The notes beneath the pieces were generated by a model, which worked only from the letters and a program-made list of their open reading frames with translations, was not told the DNA's origin and searched no databases. A stretch of 64,000 nt of DNA, from NCBI RefSeq assembly GCF_018350175.1, contig NC_058368.1:206896001-206960000 (forward strand), in the 5' to 3' direction. Positions within the stretch are counted from its first letter, which is position 1. Each line of letters starts with the position of its first letter. Below, piece by piece: positions 12,180 through 22,808 of this stretch. Position numbers and translations under genes: made by a program. The stretch comes from Felis catus. Taxonomy: Eukaryota.

Positions 12180-12360
12180 TGGACTTTGGGATACATAGCT
12201 GTGGTTTTGAATTCTCTTTCTGTTGTTTAGGTGTATATCCTTAGATTTTTAAATCCCTCTGAGTCCCAACTTCCTTACCTTTGAAATCACTAATTACCTT
12301 GTTAGCATCGTGAAGATTTAGTGAAATGACATAAATAAAATCTCCAGTAGACTGCATGGG
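12180..12360 (+). mobile_element. MIR (diverged)
   Basis: CTCTGAGTCCCAACTTCCTTACC...GTGAAGATTTAGTGAAATGAC. Confidence 0.55.
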
Positions 12361-13099
12361 AAGGCACAAAAGGAGAGCCAAAAAGAAGGACCAGAGAAAA
12401 TGGAAGAAGCCAGGAGACTGTAGTGCCTTTTTATATGCCTGAACACTATGCATGAACCTATTCTGAAACTTACCTACTGTCCTTTGATTTTTGGCTTATT
12501 TTTCTATGTCAACAAACAATGAACTTCTTAAAGGAAGGAACCTTTTTTTTTCCGACCCCAGAATCTGGTATGGGGACTGACTCCTAGTCTTGATAAAATT
12601 TGCTTGTTAACTGAATAATAGACTGGTCTCCCAGATACTATGATCTGAGAGAGACTTTGTCACTAGAGTTAGCTAGGCCTTGGGACAACTGATTCATGGT
12701 TAAAGCATAAGCTACTAATCTCAAATTCTCTTTTAGTGACCCTAGATTAATGTGAGAATTCTTTTTTTAAACTACAGATTTGAAGAACTATGGAATCTAT
12801 GAATCTGTAGTTTTGACAGTTTCCAAGTTATTCTGATATGCAGTCAGATTTTCTCTTGGCAATTCTGAAGTTTTTGTCATTCTTACTCTGCAAAAGTTTA
12901 GCATCAAAGAGCCCAAGATGAACCAGCCAGGAACCAGCAAGTGGATAGAAAATAGTTCAGGCCATGAGGGAAGAGGATTCTGAGATATCTAGGAAGGCAT
13001 GGATGCAATAATCATCTTGGATGGTGCTTGCCAAATTTATCTGATTATTTAAGTCAAGACAGATAATCAGAATAGAAATTGGAAAACAGTCTGGCAAGG

Positions 13100-13260
13100 T
13101 TGGAATCCTACCTCCACTTGGCAAGTAACTTAATCTTTCTTACCTCGGTTTCCACATCTGTAAAATAATCATACTTCTACTTTATAAGGTTCTGTGAAGA
13201 CTAAATGAAATAATCTATACAAAGCATAGTTCTTGGCATAAGTATGTGCTCAATTCATAC
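13100..13260 (+). mobile_element. MIR
   Basis: GGCAAGTAACTTAATC...CCTCGGTTTCCACATCTGTAAAAT...GTGAAGACTAAATGA. Confidence 0.8.
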
Positions 13261-14216
13261 CTATATCACCATCATCATCATTTCATTATCTTTCCAAGAC
13301 CAAACAAATGTTATCTCCACCACGAATTGTTACTTGACATTTCCAGTTCATAAATATTTACTTTGAAACAACTTATAAATTAGAATTTTGGAATTTAGCT
13401 CTATATTTCCTTGCATAATGCCATTTTTTCAGCAATGATTTAGTTGTCTTATTCTTAGAGCTTTATCTTGTGAAGAAAACATCTGCTTACTGACATTCTA
13501 TAGGAAGTATATCTATGTTGAGCTGAATGTACAGTGGGTTTCACAAAGCACATTAGATGGACAATTCTATTCTACAAAACAATGTCAATTATAGCCAACT
13601 CCCATATTACAGAACATCAACAACAAAAACGGGGGTACTTCTTACCACTTTGTAGCATGTGCTTCCAAAATTAATTCCAACCACTGAAACAAATCAAGAG
13701 AAAATGCTTTGGTTTAAAAAGAAAAACATACACATGTTTTTGTGGTCAGAATTCTAAACACTGGTTAAATTTCTACATTTTCAAAAGAACTCTATGGCAA
13801 CTCTGGATTGTGCAAGTATGAGGCAAACTAGAATTGAATTTGCTCATCCCCTTTTAACTCCAAACTTGCTGCCTGCTCCCCGCCCCACACACACACAGCT
13901 GAAGAAAGTTTATTTTTCTTTGTGAATCATTTTGTATCAGAGTGAGTCTAAAGTAGATAGACTTAATATTAGCCATTGCCTTTAAAATAAGTTGAGGTTT
14001 CCCTAATTTATGCATACAAGGGTAGGCACACATGCACAAATACAGATATTTTAATAAAAAATAATTTTAATTCCATGAGTTAATTCTGTTTGCTTTACTT
14101 TGTTTAGTAGAAAATAGAGGAATTAGGGAATTACTTAATTATGTTTTTAAAAAATTTGCTTTGGTCAGAAACATTTTAAAAATCGATAAAATGATTATAA
14201 ATTCTGATTATAAATT

Positions 14217-14345
14217 GCATATGGCTGGCTCAGTTGGTCGAGCATATGACTCTTGATTTCTGCTCAGGTCATGATCCCAGGATCATCAGATGGAGCCCCA
14301 TGTCAGGCTTTACACTGTCCATGCTGAGCATGAAGCCTGCTTGGG

Positions 14346-14388
<43 letters not shown>

Positions 14389-14475
14389 CTCTCTCTCTCT
14401 GCCCCTCTGCCTCTCTCCCCTGCTCTCTCTCTCTGCTCTCTCTCTCTCTCTCTCTGAAATTAAAATAAAAAAAAA
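14217..14475 (+). mobile_element. Older Can-SINE (diverged head)
   Basis: GGCTGGCTCAGTTGGTCGAGCAT...CCTGCTTGGGATTCTCTC, long (CT)n and A tail; degenerate flanking repeat AAT(T/C)CTGATTAT. Confidence 0.88.
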
Positions 14476-16175
14476 TCCTGATTATGAAAGTATGTTATTT
14501 GTTAAAAAAAAAAAAGGAAAATGGAGAAAGAGGAAAAAAATTTCACCCACAATCCATTTACAAAGAAAACAAAGGTAAATTTTTGAATATTTTCTATCAG
14601 TATTTTCCCATGCCTCCTCTCTCTCTCTCATTCTCTCTCTGTCTCTCTCTTTCTCTCTGTATTTATAGACACACACCCATACACACACACATATACACAC
14701 ATACAAACATTTCACCAATTATGACCATATAATGTCTTACTCCTACTTTTTCACTTGCCGTTGTCATTCTATGCCAGCATAGATTAAGGGCAATAATAAA
14801 TATTGCTGAAATTCTGTGTAATATTTAAACATGCATTCAGAAAGAAATTGGATTGTAAAAGGCACGTGAGCTGTGGGGAGTTCTTTTACTTCATATCTAT
14901 ATTTAACCTATAGTCATAATTTACCTGATCCTTTTCCTAGACAATTTTTAGATTAAATGATTTTTAGGCTCAGTGTTTTTAGTCAAAATTTTAATTTTAA
15001 AATGCATCAGTGAAGTTCAGAAAAAACTGAATTGGTCCTATGCTGTGCCTCTGATTCCTTACATTTTTTTCATAGTTCTTTTAGTAATTATCATAATATA
15101 GTATTTACTAAACATTGGCACTAAAATAGTAGTGTGTGGGATAAAACCAAAAATTATTTTAGTTTCCAAATCTCATCTGACTATGAACATGAAAAGATTT
15201 CTATCACTCCTAGTGGAAATTATCTACTCTAATTTACTAGTCCTTTCAAATAATATATATGTATTTATATTTAGACTTCTCTGTCCTTGACCAATATGTG
15301 TTGTACTAATAAAAATAAACTCATTAATTTGTACATTATGCTGTTCTGAAGTGAGAGTGTGGCTGTAATGACTTACTCAAACTGAAATACTCCCCACTAT
15401 TGTTCCTGACAGTACTCTCCCCACTATTGTTACTGACAATAACTCTCTAAGGAGGCTCTGCAGTGTTAAATATGCCAGATAACTTCATAGATTCTAAGTT
15501 AAACTTTTAAATTAACATATTCCTTTTTAGCAATGGCACCACATTGTGTAAGATAATCCTAGCCTGGTGGTTTTGAAGCCAAAAGCCTGAGTCCATTTCC
15601 TTATCAACAGAACTCAATATAATGAATGAAATGGGAAGAAGTGCCTTCATAAAAGCCTCTCTCTATTCCCCTCTGCCTTGGATGACTCATCCCATAAGCC
15701 AGAGTTTTTCTTTCCTGCTATGGCAGAAATCTTATGTTAGATTGTCCTTACAATTTATTTAACAGCTGCTAAGTGCCAATGGTACTGACAAGAAATAAAA
15801 ATTAGGATTTGCTTTTGTTTGCAGGGTATCATATCCAAATAGCTTTTCATTGGTAAAGTGAAGACTATGCTTGCTATATTTGGAGGGCTTATTAACTCAC
15901 AAATAATTGGCTTTCACTTGGCAAATTTTAGCAAAACTATATAGAAACTAGCAAAGTAGATGATATTTAAGGCAAAGCAAACTACCTGGATTTTTGATGA
16001 AGCAATTACTGCTATTAAAATATATGCTTTTATTAGTTGTCAATTAAGGATGCCAGCAACTGAATAAATTATAAGTAAGTTAATTAAATAAATAAATCAC
16101 TAAATAAACAAATAAAAAAGCAATTAAAATTCTTCAGGTGCAGGTAGCATAACCACCATTTAAAATGAACTTTTT

Positions 16176-16409
16176 GGGGTGCCTGGGTGGCGCAGTCCGT
16201 TAAGCGTCCGACTTCAGCCAGGTCACGATCTCACGGTCCGGGAGTTCAAGCCCCGCGTCAGGCTCTGGGCTGATGGCTCAGAGCCTGGAGCCTGTTTCTG
16301 ATTCTGTGTCTCCCTCTCTCGCTGCCCCTCCCCCGTTCATGCTCTGTCTCTCTCTGTCCCAAAAATAAATAAAAGTTGGAAAAAAAATTAAAAAATAAAT
16401 AAAATAAAA
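16176..16409 (+). mobile_element. Young Can-SINE (CAGCCAGGTCACG variant)
   Basis: CpG-rich; TSD TAAAATGAACTTTT at 16161-16174 and 16410-16423. Confidence 0.96.
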
Positions 16410-16620
16410 TAAAATGAACTTTTCCCCAAAGGATTTCATATAAATTATTTTGATAGATCTGAAATACACCAGGCAGACAAAATAAAATTGAATATGAATG
16501 TCTGATTTGAAGTTGCATGTCTTATTTGTACTTTTCCTCTTAACCTCTAAGGAGCTTAAAATATTGAGTTGCGTATAAAATAATGGACTTTTCATAGTTG
16601 TTTATGTCACCATCTCTTTT

Positions 16621-16849
16621 AGTAAGATAAAAACAGAGAGGGAGGCAAACCACAAGAGACTCTTAAATACAGAGAGCAAACTGAAGCTTGATGGGGGTGG
16701 GGGTGAGGTGAGGAAAATGGGTGATGGGTATTAAGGAGGGCACTTGTTGAGATGAGCACTGGGTGTTATACGTAAGTGATGAATCACTGGAATCCACTGC
16801 TGAAGCCACGACTGCACTGTACATTAGCTAACTTGGGAAAACAAACAAA

Positions 16850-16888
<39 letters not shown>

Positions 16889-16926
16889 ATATCAGGCTGA
16901 AAATTTAAAAAAAAAAATAAAAAAAT
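16621..16926 (+). mobile_element. Carnivore L1 3' end
   Basis: GAGGCAAACCACAAGAGACTCTTAAA...GATGAGCACTGGGTGTT..., then (AAAT)n tail; no TSD found. Confidence 0.9.
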
Positions 16927-17699
16927 ATAAATGTAAGATTGATTAGATTCTAAATAAAACTAAATGAAATTGCGATATGAGTAGAAACTCATAAGCTTGT
17001 TACTTTATTAAAATTGGAAATCACTGAGTAGCTTTATCTGTGGCTCTGATACGTGGAAGGCACCTCACTGCATTAACTACATCAATTCACTAAGATTTCT
17101 CTAAAATATGCACAACAGAACCAAACATTCTAACTGGTGATTTTAAATAAAAATTATGACGAAATAGAGTATGCTGAATCAAATCTAGCATTCAAACTCA
17201 CAAAAGAGGGGCAAAAGTATCTTAAAGGACAAGCTATTTAGTAAATATTTGTAACAAGGATACCTTTCGATACTATATGTGTGCATTCCTATGAGCAAAA
17301 ATAAATGAATAATTGTTTCTTAGGGAAAGAATAGGTCTTGAAGTGGGCCATGCACATGAAGCCAAAACAAATACCATTTGCTAAAAGGAAGTAGGCTGTG
17401 TGTAACTGGGAATGATTATAATGCTGTAAAATAGATCATTGTTCATCGAGTAAGACATGAATAATTTTAAATGATTGAGAATATTATTTACATGACCTGG
17501 ATACAGAGCTCAAGTTAAAGGTTATATACTCACTGATTTTTTAATACTAAGGACTTGCTATGGTGTTAATGCTTTCTGTGGTGCCCTTTACAGAGTTAGT
17601 GCTGCATAAAGTCTTTCTAAGTAGTTCATGCAATGAATACCTTTTGGGGACACACTGAAAAGTACTAGGAAATAGTTTAATTCCTTCACATATCAAAGA

Positions 17700-17860
17700 G
17701 AACTTGTTGGAACTTCAGTTCTGCCTTCGCTTAACCGTCTGTCATTGGCCGACTTATTCGACATTAATGATCACCATTATTTCTAAAATGGAATTAATGG
17801 TACCTACTTCGTAAGAATATTGTTAAGATTAAATGAGGACACATATATGAAAACATAAAA
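17700..17860 (+). mobile_element. MIR
   Basis: TAAAATGGAATTAATGGTACCTACTTC...TTGTTAAGATTAAATGAG. Confidence 0.7.
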
Positions 17861-17959
17861 TAATATTTCAGAGTAATGTGATTCAAGGAAAAGTGAGTGA
17901 GTCTTATAATTAGATACACCTAATTTTACACTCAGCTGGTAAGAAATTGGGTTATTATT

Positions 17960-18590
17960 GGTTCCAAAATTTACTTCCAATGTGACATCTTTATACATCA
18001 TGTCTTTTGCCATGTGGCTTGGCAATGTTCCCTGCTATGGCTGGAATAAATTTCCTTGCATGTTGGTGTTGGACTTGGCCATAGGAATTTGCTTTGACCA
18101 ATGGAGTATTAGTGGAAGTTTCAAGGCTGTGAGAGGCAACGTGTGTTCTCTCTCTTGTGCTTTCCTCTTTGCACGAGGAGAATATACTCAGGTTAGTCTG
18201 CCATTTTTTTTTAACGTTTTTTATTTATTTTTGAGACAGAGAGAGACAGAGCATGAACAGGGGAGGGGCAGAGGGAGAGGGAGACACAGAATCAGAAGCA
18301 AGCTCCAGGCTCTGAGCCATCAGCCCAGAGCCCGACGTGAGGCTCAAACTCACGGACCGTGAGATCGTGACCTGAGCTGAAGTCGAACACTTAACCGACT
18401 GAGCCACCCAGGCGCCCCTAGTCTACCATTTCAACAAGATTGAGGAGGCATGTAGAGTGAACTGCAAATTGGAGCCATAACTTGTCTTTAGACCAGTAAG
18501 TGATGAATGAATGCTAGTTATTGTTGGACGTTGAGAACTTTAGAGTTGTTTGTTATCCTGCACAACATTAGCATCAGTTGACTGAATTGA
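17960..18590 (+). mobile_element. Old MaLR LTR (MLT1I/J-like) interrupted by a SINE
   Basis: GGACTTGGCCATAGGAATTTGCTTTGACCAATGG and 3' TTTAGAGTTGTTTGTTAT...GCA...TTGACTGA motifs. Confidence 0.6.
18207..18418 (-). mobile_element. Can-SINE
   Basis: TSD TAGTCT(G/A)CCATTT at 18194-18206 and 18419-18431. Confidence 0.96.
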
Positions 18591-19109
18591 ATATGGCCCT
18601 ATTCAATTACTTGGAGTGCAGAATTTGTTTCTTTCCAAAGCTGTTCAGATAGTTTTACATTTGCATTTGCTCTCTTCACATGTCAGTAGTGGCTATAATC
18701 CCCTACATTTATGTAAATCCATGGACTTAGGAAGCAAAATGTCTCTCAACATTAGGCTAGGTACCTAAGCATAACTGTTTTTATGTATGTTTCCCATATA
18801 GCTTGGTATATTTCACTATATTTATTTATAAGTATGGAATGCAAATTGACTGATATTATACATAGTTCGTTTCTGTGATAGTACTTATGAAATTACCTAT
18901 GCCAGATATAATTGTGCTCTGAAGTCAAACCTGCTGACATAAGGAAAGAAAAGACTCAAATATTCTGGGCACTCCGAGTCTTCTGGGTCTCTCTTTATTG
19001 GTAGATATTCAGTGTATTGGTTTGGTCGTGTTGTTGAAATGTGGGGATGGGGATGATAGGGTGGGTTCTTACATGCCTACCCCTAAGTTGACAATGTCAC
19101 CTTTTCTGT

Positions 19110-19395
19110 ATATTAAAGGGCTGAAATAAGCTACAGTAAAAAAAGACCCCAAAATAGAAGGTGTAAGAATATAGATGCTTATTTCTCTTACGTAGTGGTT
19201 TTGAAGCGAGTGGTCTAGAATAACTCTAATCTTTGTGGTCACTGCTGTAGTCAAGTGCTTTCTGAGACATACTCTGCCCTCACCATCACTATTGAGAACT
19301 TAGTCACTTGGCCATATCTAACTGCAAAGGGGCTGGGACAGGTCGTCTCCAGCTAGGAAGCTAAGTTCTCAGTTTCAACTCTATTACTGTGAAAT
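19110..19395 (-). mobile_element. Old MaLR LTR (MLT1J-L-like)
   Basis: CTTAGTCACTTGGCCATATCTAACTGCAAAGGGGCTGGGA, antisense MLT1 motif. Confidence 0.55.
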
Positions 19396-19524
19396 TCTGC
19401 AACACCTACAATGTATTGGAAGAAAAAGGATCTATTTAACCTCTTCCCCACCTAAATAGAATCCCCTTTCACTCTTGGGCCATTGCAACTTCTTTATTGT
19501 TTCTAAAGTTTGGGGATCATATGT

Positions 19525-19690
19525 ACAGAGCTCCTACTTCAGTTCTCTGCTTTCTAGCCATGTGACTTTGAACAAATTACTCTGTAGTCTCAGCTGCCTT
19601 ATCTTTAAAATGAGCATTAAATACTCATAATATAATAAAATATTTGTAGAAGCACTTAGAACAGTGGCTGATGTCCTATTGTAGCTGTAG
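19525..19690 (+). mobile_element. MIR
   Basis: CCATGTGACTTTGAACAAATTACTC...GAAGCACTTAGAACAGTGGCTG. Confidence 0.75.
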
Positions 19691-20432
19691 TCATTGTATA
19701 AGCTTCATTGTAATGGCAGGGGACACTCACTGATTGGTAGGTACTACTAATGCTGTTGTTGGAGTCAACCTGACATCTAAATTCCCACATGAATGAGATC
19801 CTAAGAAGGGCTCTCGCTTTATTGTTACCCCCCCCCCCCCAACACACACCGGTTGCTCCTCAAACCATTCTCCAGCACTCTGGGTACATTTGGTGTGTGA
19901 TACCTAGGATTTGGGCAGGATGAGCCTTTCTGGACCTTCACCTGTCCTAGGAGCCTGATTTCTGCAGTTTTGCTCCTTCCTGCTCTTCAACAGCTCCAGC
20001 CCAGAGTTCAGTGCAAGCCATATAATTCTCTGCAGGTGTCACTTGAGCCTGCTTGTGACAGAGAGGGTAGATCTCTTCTTGCAGAGTCCCAACAGCTTGA
20101 CTTGGCAGCCCCTGACAACCCCCTAGGGGTCTGTGCTCAGATACATTGCCAAGAGGGCCTACCCAGGCAACTTTACAATGGGCCTGGGCAGGGCCTCACA
20201 AACCCAATTTGGCTCCAAATGGGCTCCTTTCTTGCTATTCTCTAATGAGGTGGGGTGGATTTCATCTCGGTTGCTTAGGGAACTGGCACCCTCAGAGAAG
20301 GGGAGCCCAACTGAAAAGTTTCCTAGCCCGTATGATTTTGCAATTTCTGGTGGGTAGAAATTATCTTGTGCTTTTGCTCCCCAAGTTTAGTAAGCATATT
20401 ACCACTACTTTCATCCAACACACTCACTAGAG

Positions 20433-20991
20433 CCACACTATCCAATATACCAGTCGCTAGCCACATGTGCTACTGGGCTCTTCAAATGTAACTAGTCTTA
20501 CCTGAGATGTGTTGAAATTTTAAATACGCACTGAGTTTCAAAGACTTACATAATATGACTTTTTAAAAACATATTATTAAATAGTATTTTATATAGATTA
20601 TGTTGGAAGGGTATTTTAGAAATATTGAAATAAATAAAATATATTCTTTTTTTTTTTTTAATTTTTTTTCAACGTTTATTTATTTTTGGGACAGAGAGAG
20701 ACAGAGCATGAACGGGGGAGGGGCAGAGAGAGAGGGAGACACAGAATCGGAAACAGGCTCCAGGCTCTGAGCCATCAGCCCAGAGCCCGACGCGGGGCTC
20801 GAACTCCCGGACCGTGAGATCGTGACCTGGCTGAAGTCGGACGCTTAACCGACTGCGCCACCCAGGCGCCCCTAAATAAAATATATTCTTAAAGCTAATT
20901 TCATTTGTTTTTCATTTTTGCTTTTAAAAAAATATAGCTACTAGGCAACTTAACATATGTGGCTCGTATTTATTTCCATTGGGCAGAACTG
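20433..20991 (-). mobile_element. MER33 hAT-Charlie MITE interrupted by a SINE
   Basis: CTATCCAATAT...CTAGCCACATGTG... and ...CATATGTGGCTCG...ATTGGGCAGAACTG termini; internal AT-rich part matches recalled MER33. Confidence 0.8.
20649..20872 (-). mobile_element. Very young Can-SINE nested in MER33
   Basis: CpGs largely intact; perfect 18-bp TSD TAAATAAAATATATTCTT at 20631-20648 and 20873-20890. Confidence 0.97.
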
Positions 20992-21409
20992 AAATAGGCA
21001 CTATGGACCTTGTAGAGGTATAAAGCCATGTAGAGATATAAATTTTAATTCTGTTTATTTCCCAGTAAAGTTGAAGACAGTTCCAAATAGGCAGGCGTTT
21101 TTATCAGAGCAAGCACATAGTAGAAATGTAATTTTCCAATGCAAGATAAATTGTGTAAAGACTCTAGGCTGATCCTAGGAGCTTTATTCTTGTTGATCAA
21201 AATCATAAAGAAGAAATATTTATGGTCAACATTACCTGGCACTGTGTAAATTGTAGTTGAATTCTGTAGATTTCAAATGACATCCATAAGAATGATTCAA
21301 ACAAGAAATGATTTGGGTGACTCAGTAAACCTTAGTTTGCAAATTAGAGATGATGAGATATACAATTTCAATATTAACTGTCAGAACATGCATTTTTAAA
21401 ATACTCTTC

Positions 21410-21629
21410 GGGGCGCCTGGGTGGCGCAGTCTGTTAAGCGTCCGACTTCAGCCAGGTCATGATCTCGCGGTCCGTGAGTTCGAGCCCCGCGTCAGGCTCT
21501 GGGCTGATGGCTCGGAGCCTGGAGCCTGCTTCCGATTCTGTGTCTCCCTCTCTCTCTGCCCCTCCCCTGTTCATGCTCTGTCTCTCTCTGTCCCAAAAAT
21601 AAATAAAAAACGTTGAAAAAAAAATAAAA
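21410..21629 (+). mobile_element. Young Can-SINE
   Basis: GGGGCGCCTGGGTGGCGCAG head; TSD TAAAATACTCTT at 21397-21408 and 21630-21641. Confidence 0.96.
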
Positions 21630-21946
21630 TAAAATACTCTTGTCATATACTTTCATGTTTAATCAGAAGTAAAGTTAGTAGTGACAATATCTAAGTAAGC
21701 CTTAGGAGGATTCTAATTAGCTGAGGATATTCCTTTCTAGTTACTCTCTCTTTGTATTCTGATTGACAAAATAATTTCATTGTCATATTAGAAGTAGGGA
21801 GACTTACATGTGTAGGAACCTGGTTCTGAACTGAATTCTATTAGGCATAGGGAGGTATATATGATCAGGCTAATAGCTCTTAAAGGTTAAACAGCAACAG
21901 TATCATTCTGTCAACTTTTAGAAACTTGATTTTTTATTTTTATGTC

Positions 21947-22552
21947 TGTGTACATCAGGATACAATCAGAAAAGCAGAACCACTAGGAACTAGATTCACT
22001 CACTCATTCATTCATTCATTCATTCATTCATGTATTTATATTAAGGGCTTTGTTATGGGGGTTTGACAGTGGAAGCTGATTAGCAGGCATTATGAAGCCA
22101 TTGTCCTTGTGTCTGATGCTAAAGATTGAAGTTTACATGAATAAGGGAAGATGGCATGAAGTGGAGGAGAACAGAAACAAGTGGGAACCCCTAAGCATCA
22201 GTTCTTATTGCCTTTTACTTTGATGGCAAAGGTTTCCGGCAGAAGCCAGGCCCTTCATCACGGAGCCACAAAAACACACACATGCACATGCACAGCATGT
22301 GAAAAAGTTGGAAAAAGCAAAAGGAGAATTCAGTAGAAGGTGGAGCTGTTGTAGACCCTGCCCCTGACTCACACCAACGAGGTGAACCAGAGAATGAATG
22401 ACAATTTGTATGACCTACACCAATGGCTGCTGCTTTATTTCCACCTCCAAATCAGAGTCTCTGTGGCTTATCATCCATGGAAAGATACATAGAAGGGAAG
22501 TCTGGGAATTGTAGTTCAACCTAGCTAAGTGGAAGCAATACAAAACCACTAC
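21947..22552 (-). mobile_element. ERVL LTR (MLT2E/F-like)
   Basis: CAGGATACAATCAGAAAAGCAGAACCACTAG start, internal (TCAT)n, TCTGGGAATTGTAGTTC...AAACCACTAC end. Confidence 0.7.
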
Positions 22553-22590
22553 TGTGTCTGTCTATGTGTGTCTTTTAAAAATGCTTCTCA

Positions 22591-22808
22591 GGGGTACCTG
22601 AGTGGCTCCGTCGGTTAGGCGTCGGACTTCGGCTCAGGTCATGATCTCATGGTTTGTGACTTCAAGCCCTGCGTTGGGCTCTGGGCTGACAGCTCAGAGC
22701 CTGGAGCCCGCTTAAGATTCTGTGTCTCTCTTTGTCTGCCCCTCTACTGCTTGCACTCTGTCTCTTGCATTGTCTCAAAAATAAATAAACATTAAAAAAA
22801 ATTTTTTT
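22591..22808 (+). mobile_element. Can-SINE
   Basis: TSD AAATGCTT(C/T)TCA at 22579-22590 and 22809-22820. Confidence 0.95.

Noticed and set aside
16891..16906. ATCAGGCTGAAAATTT between two A-rich tails of the + strand L1 (possible mini-transduction)
   Set aside because: Too short and no TSD was found to bound the insertion.
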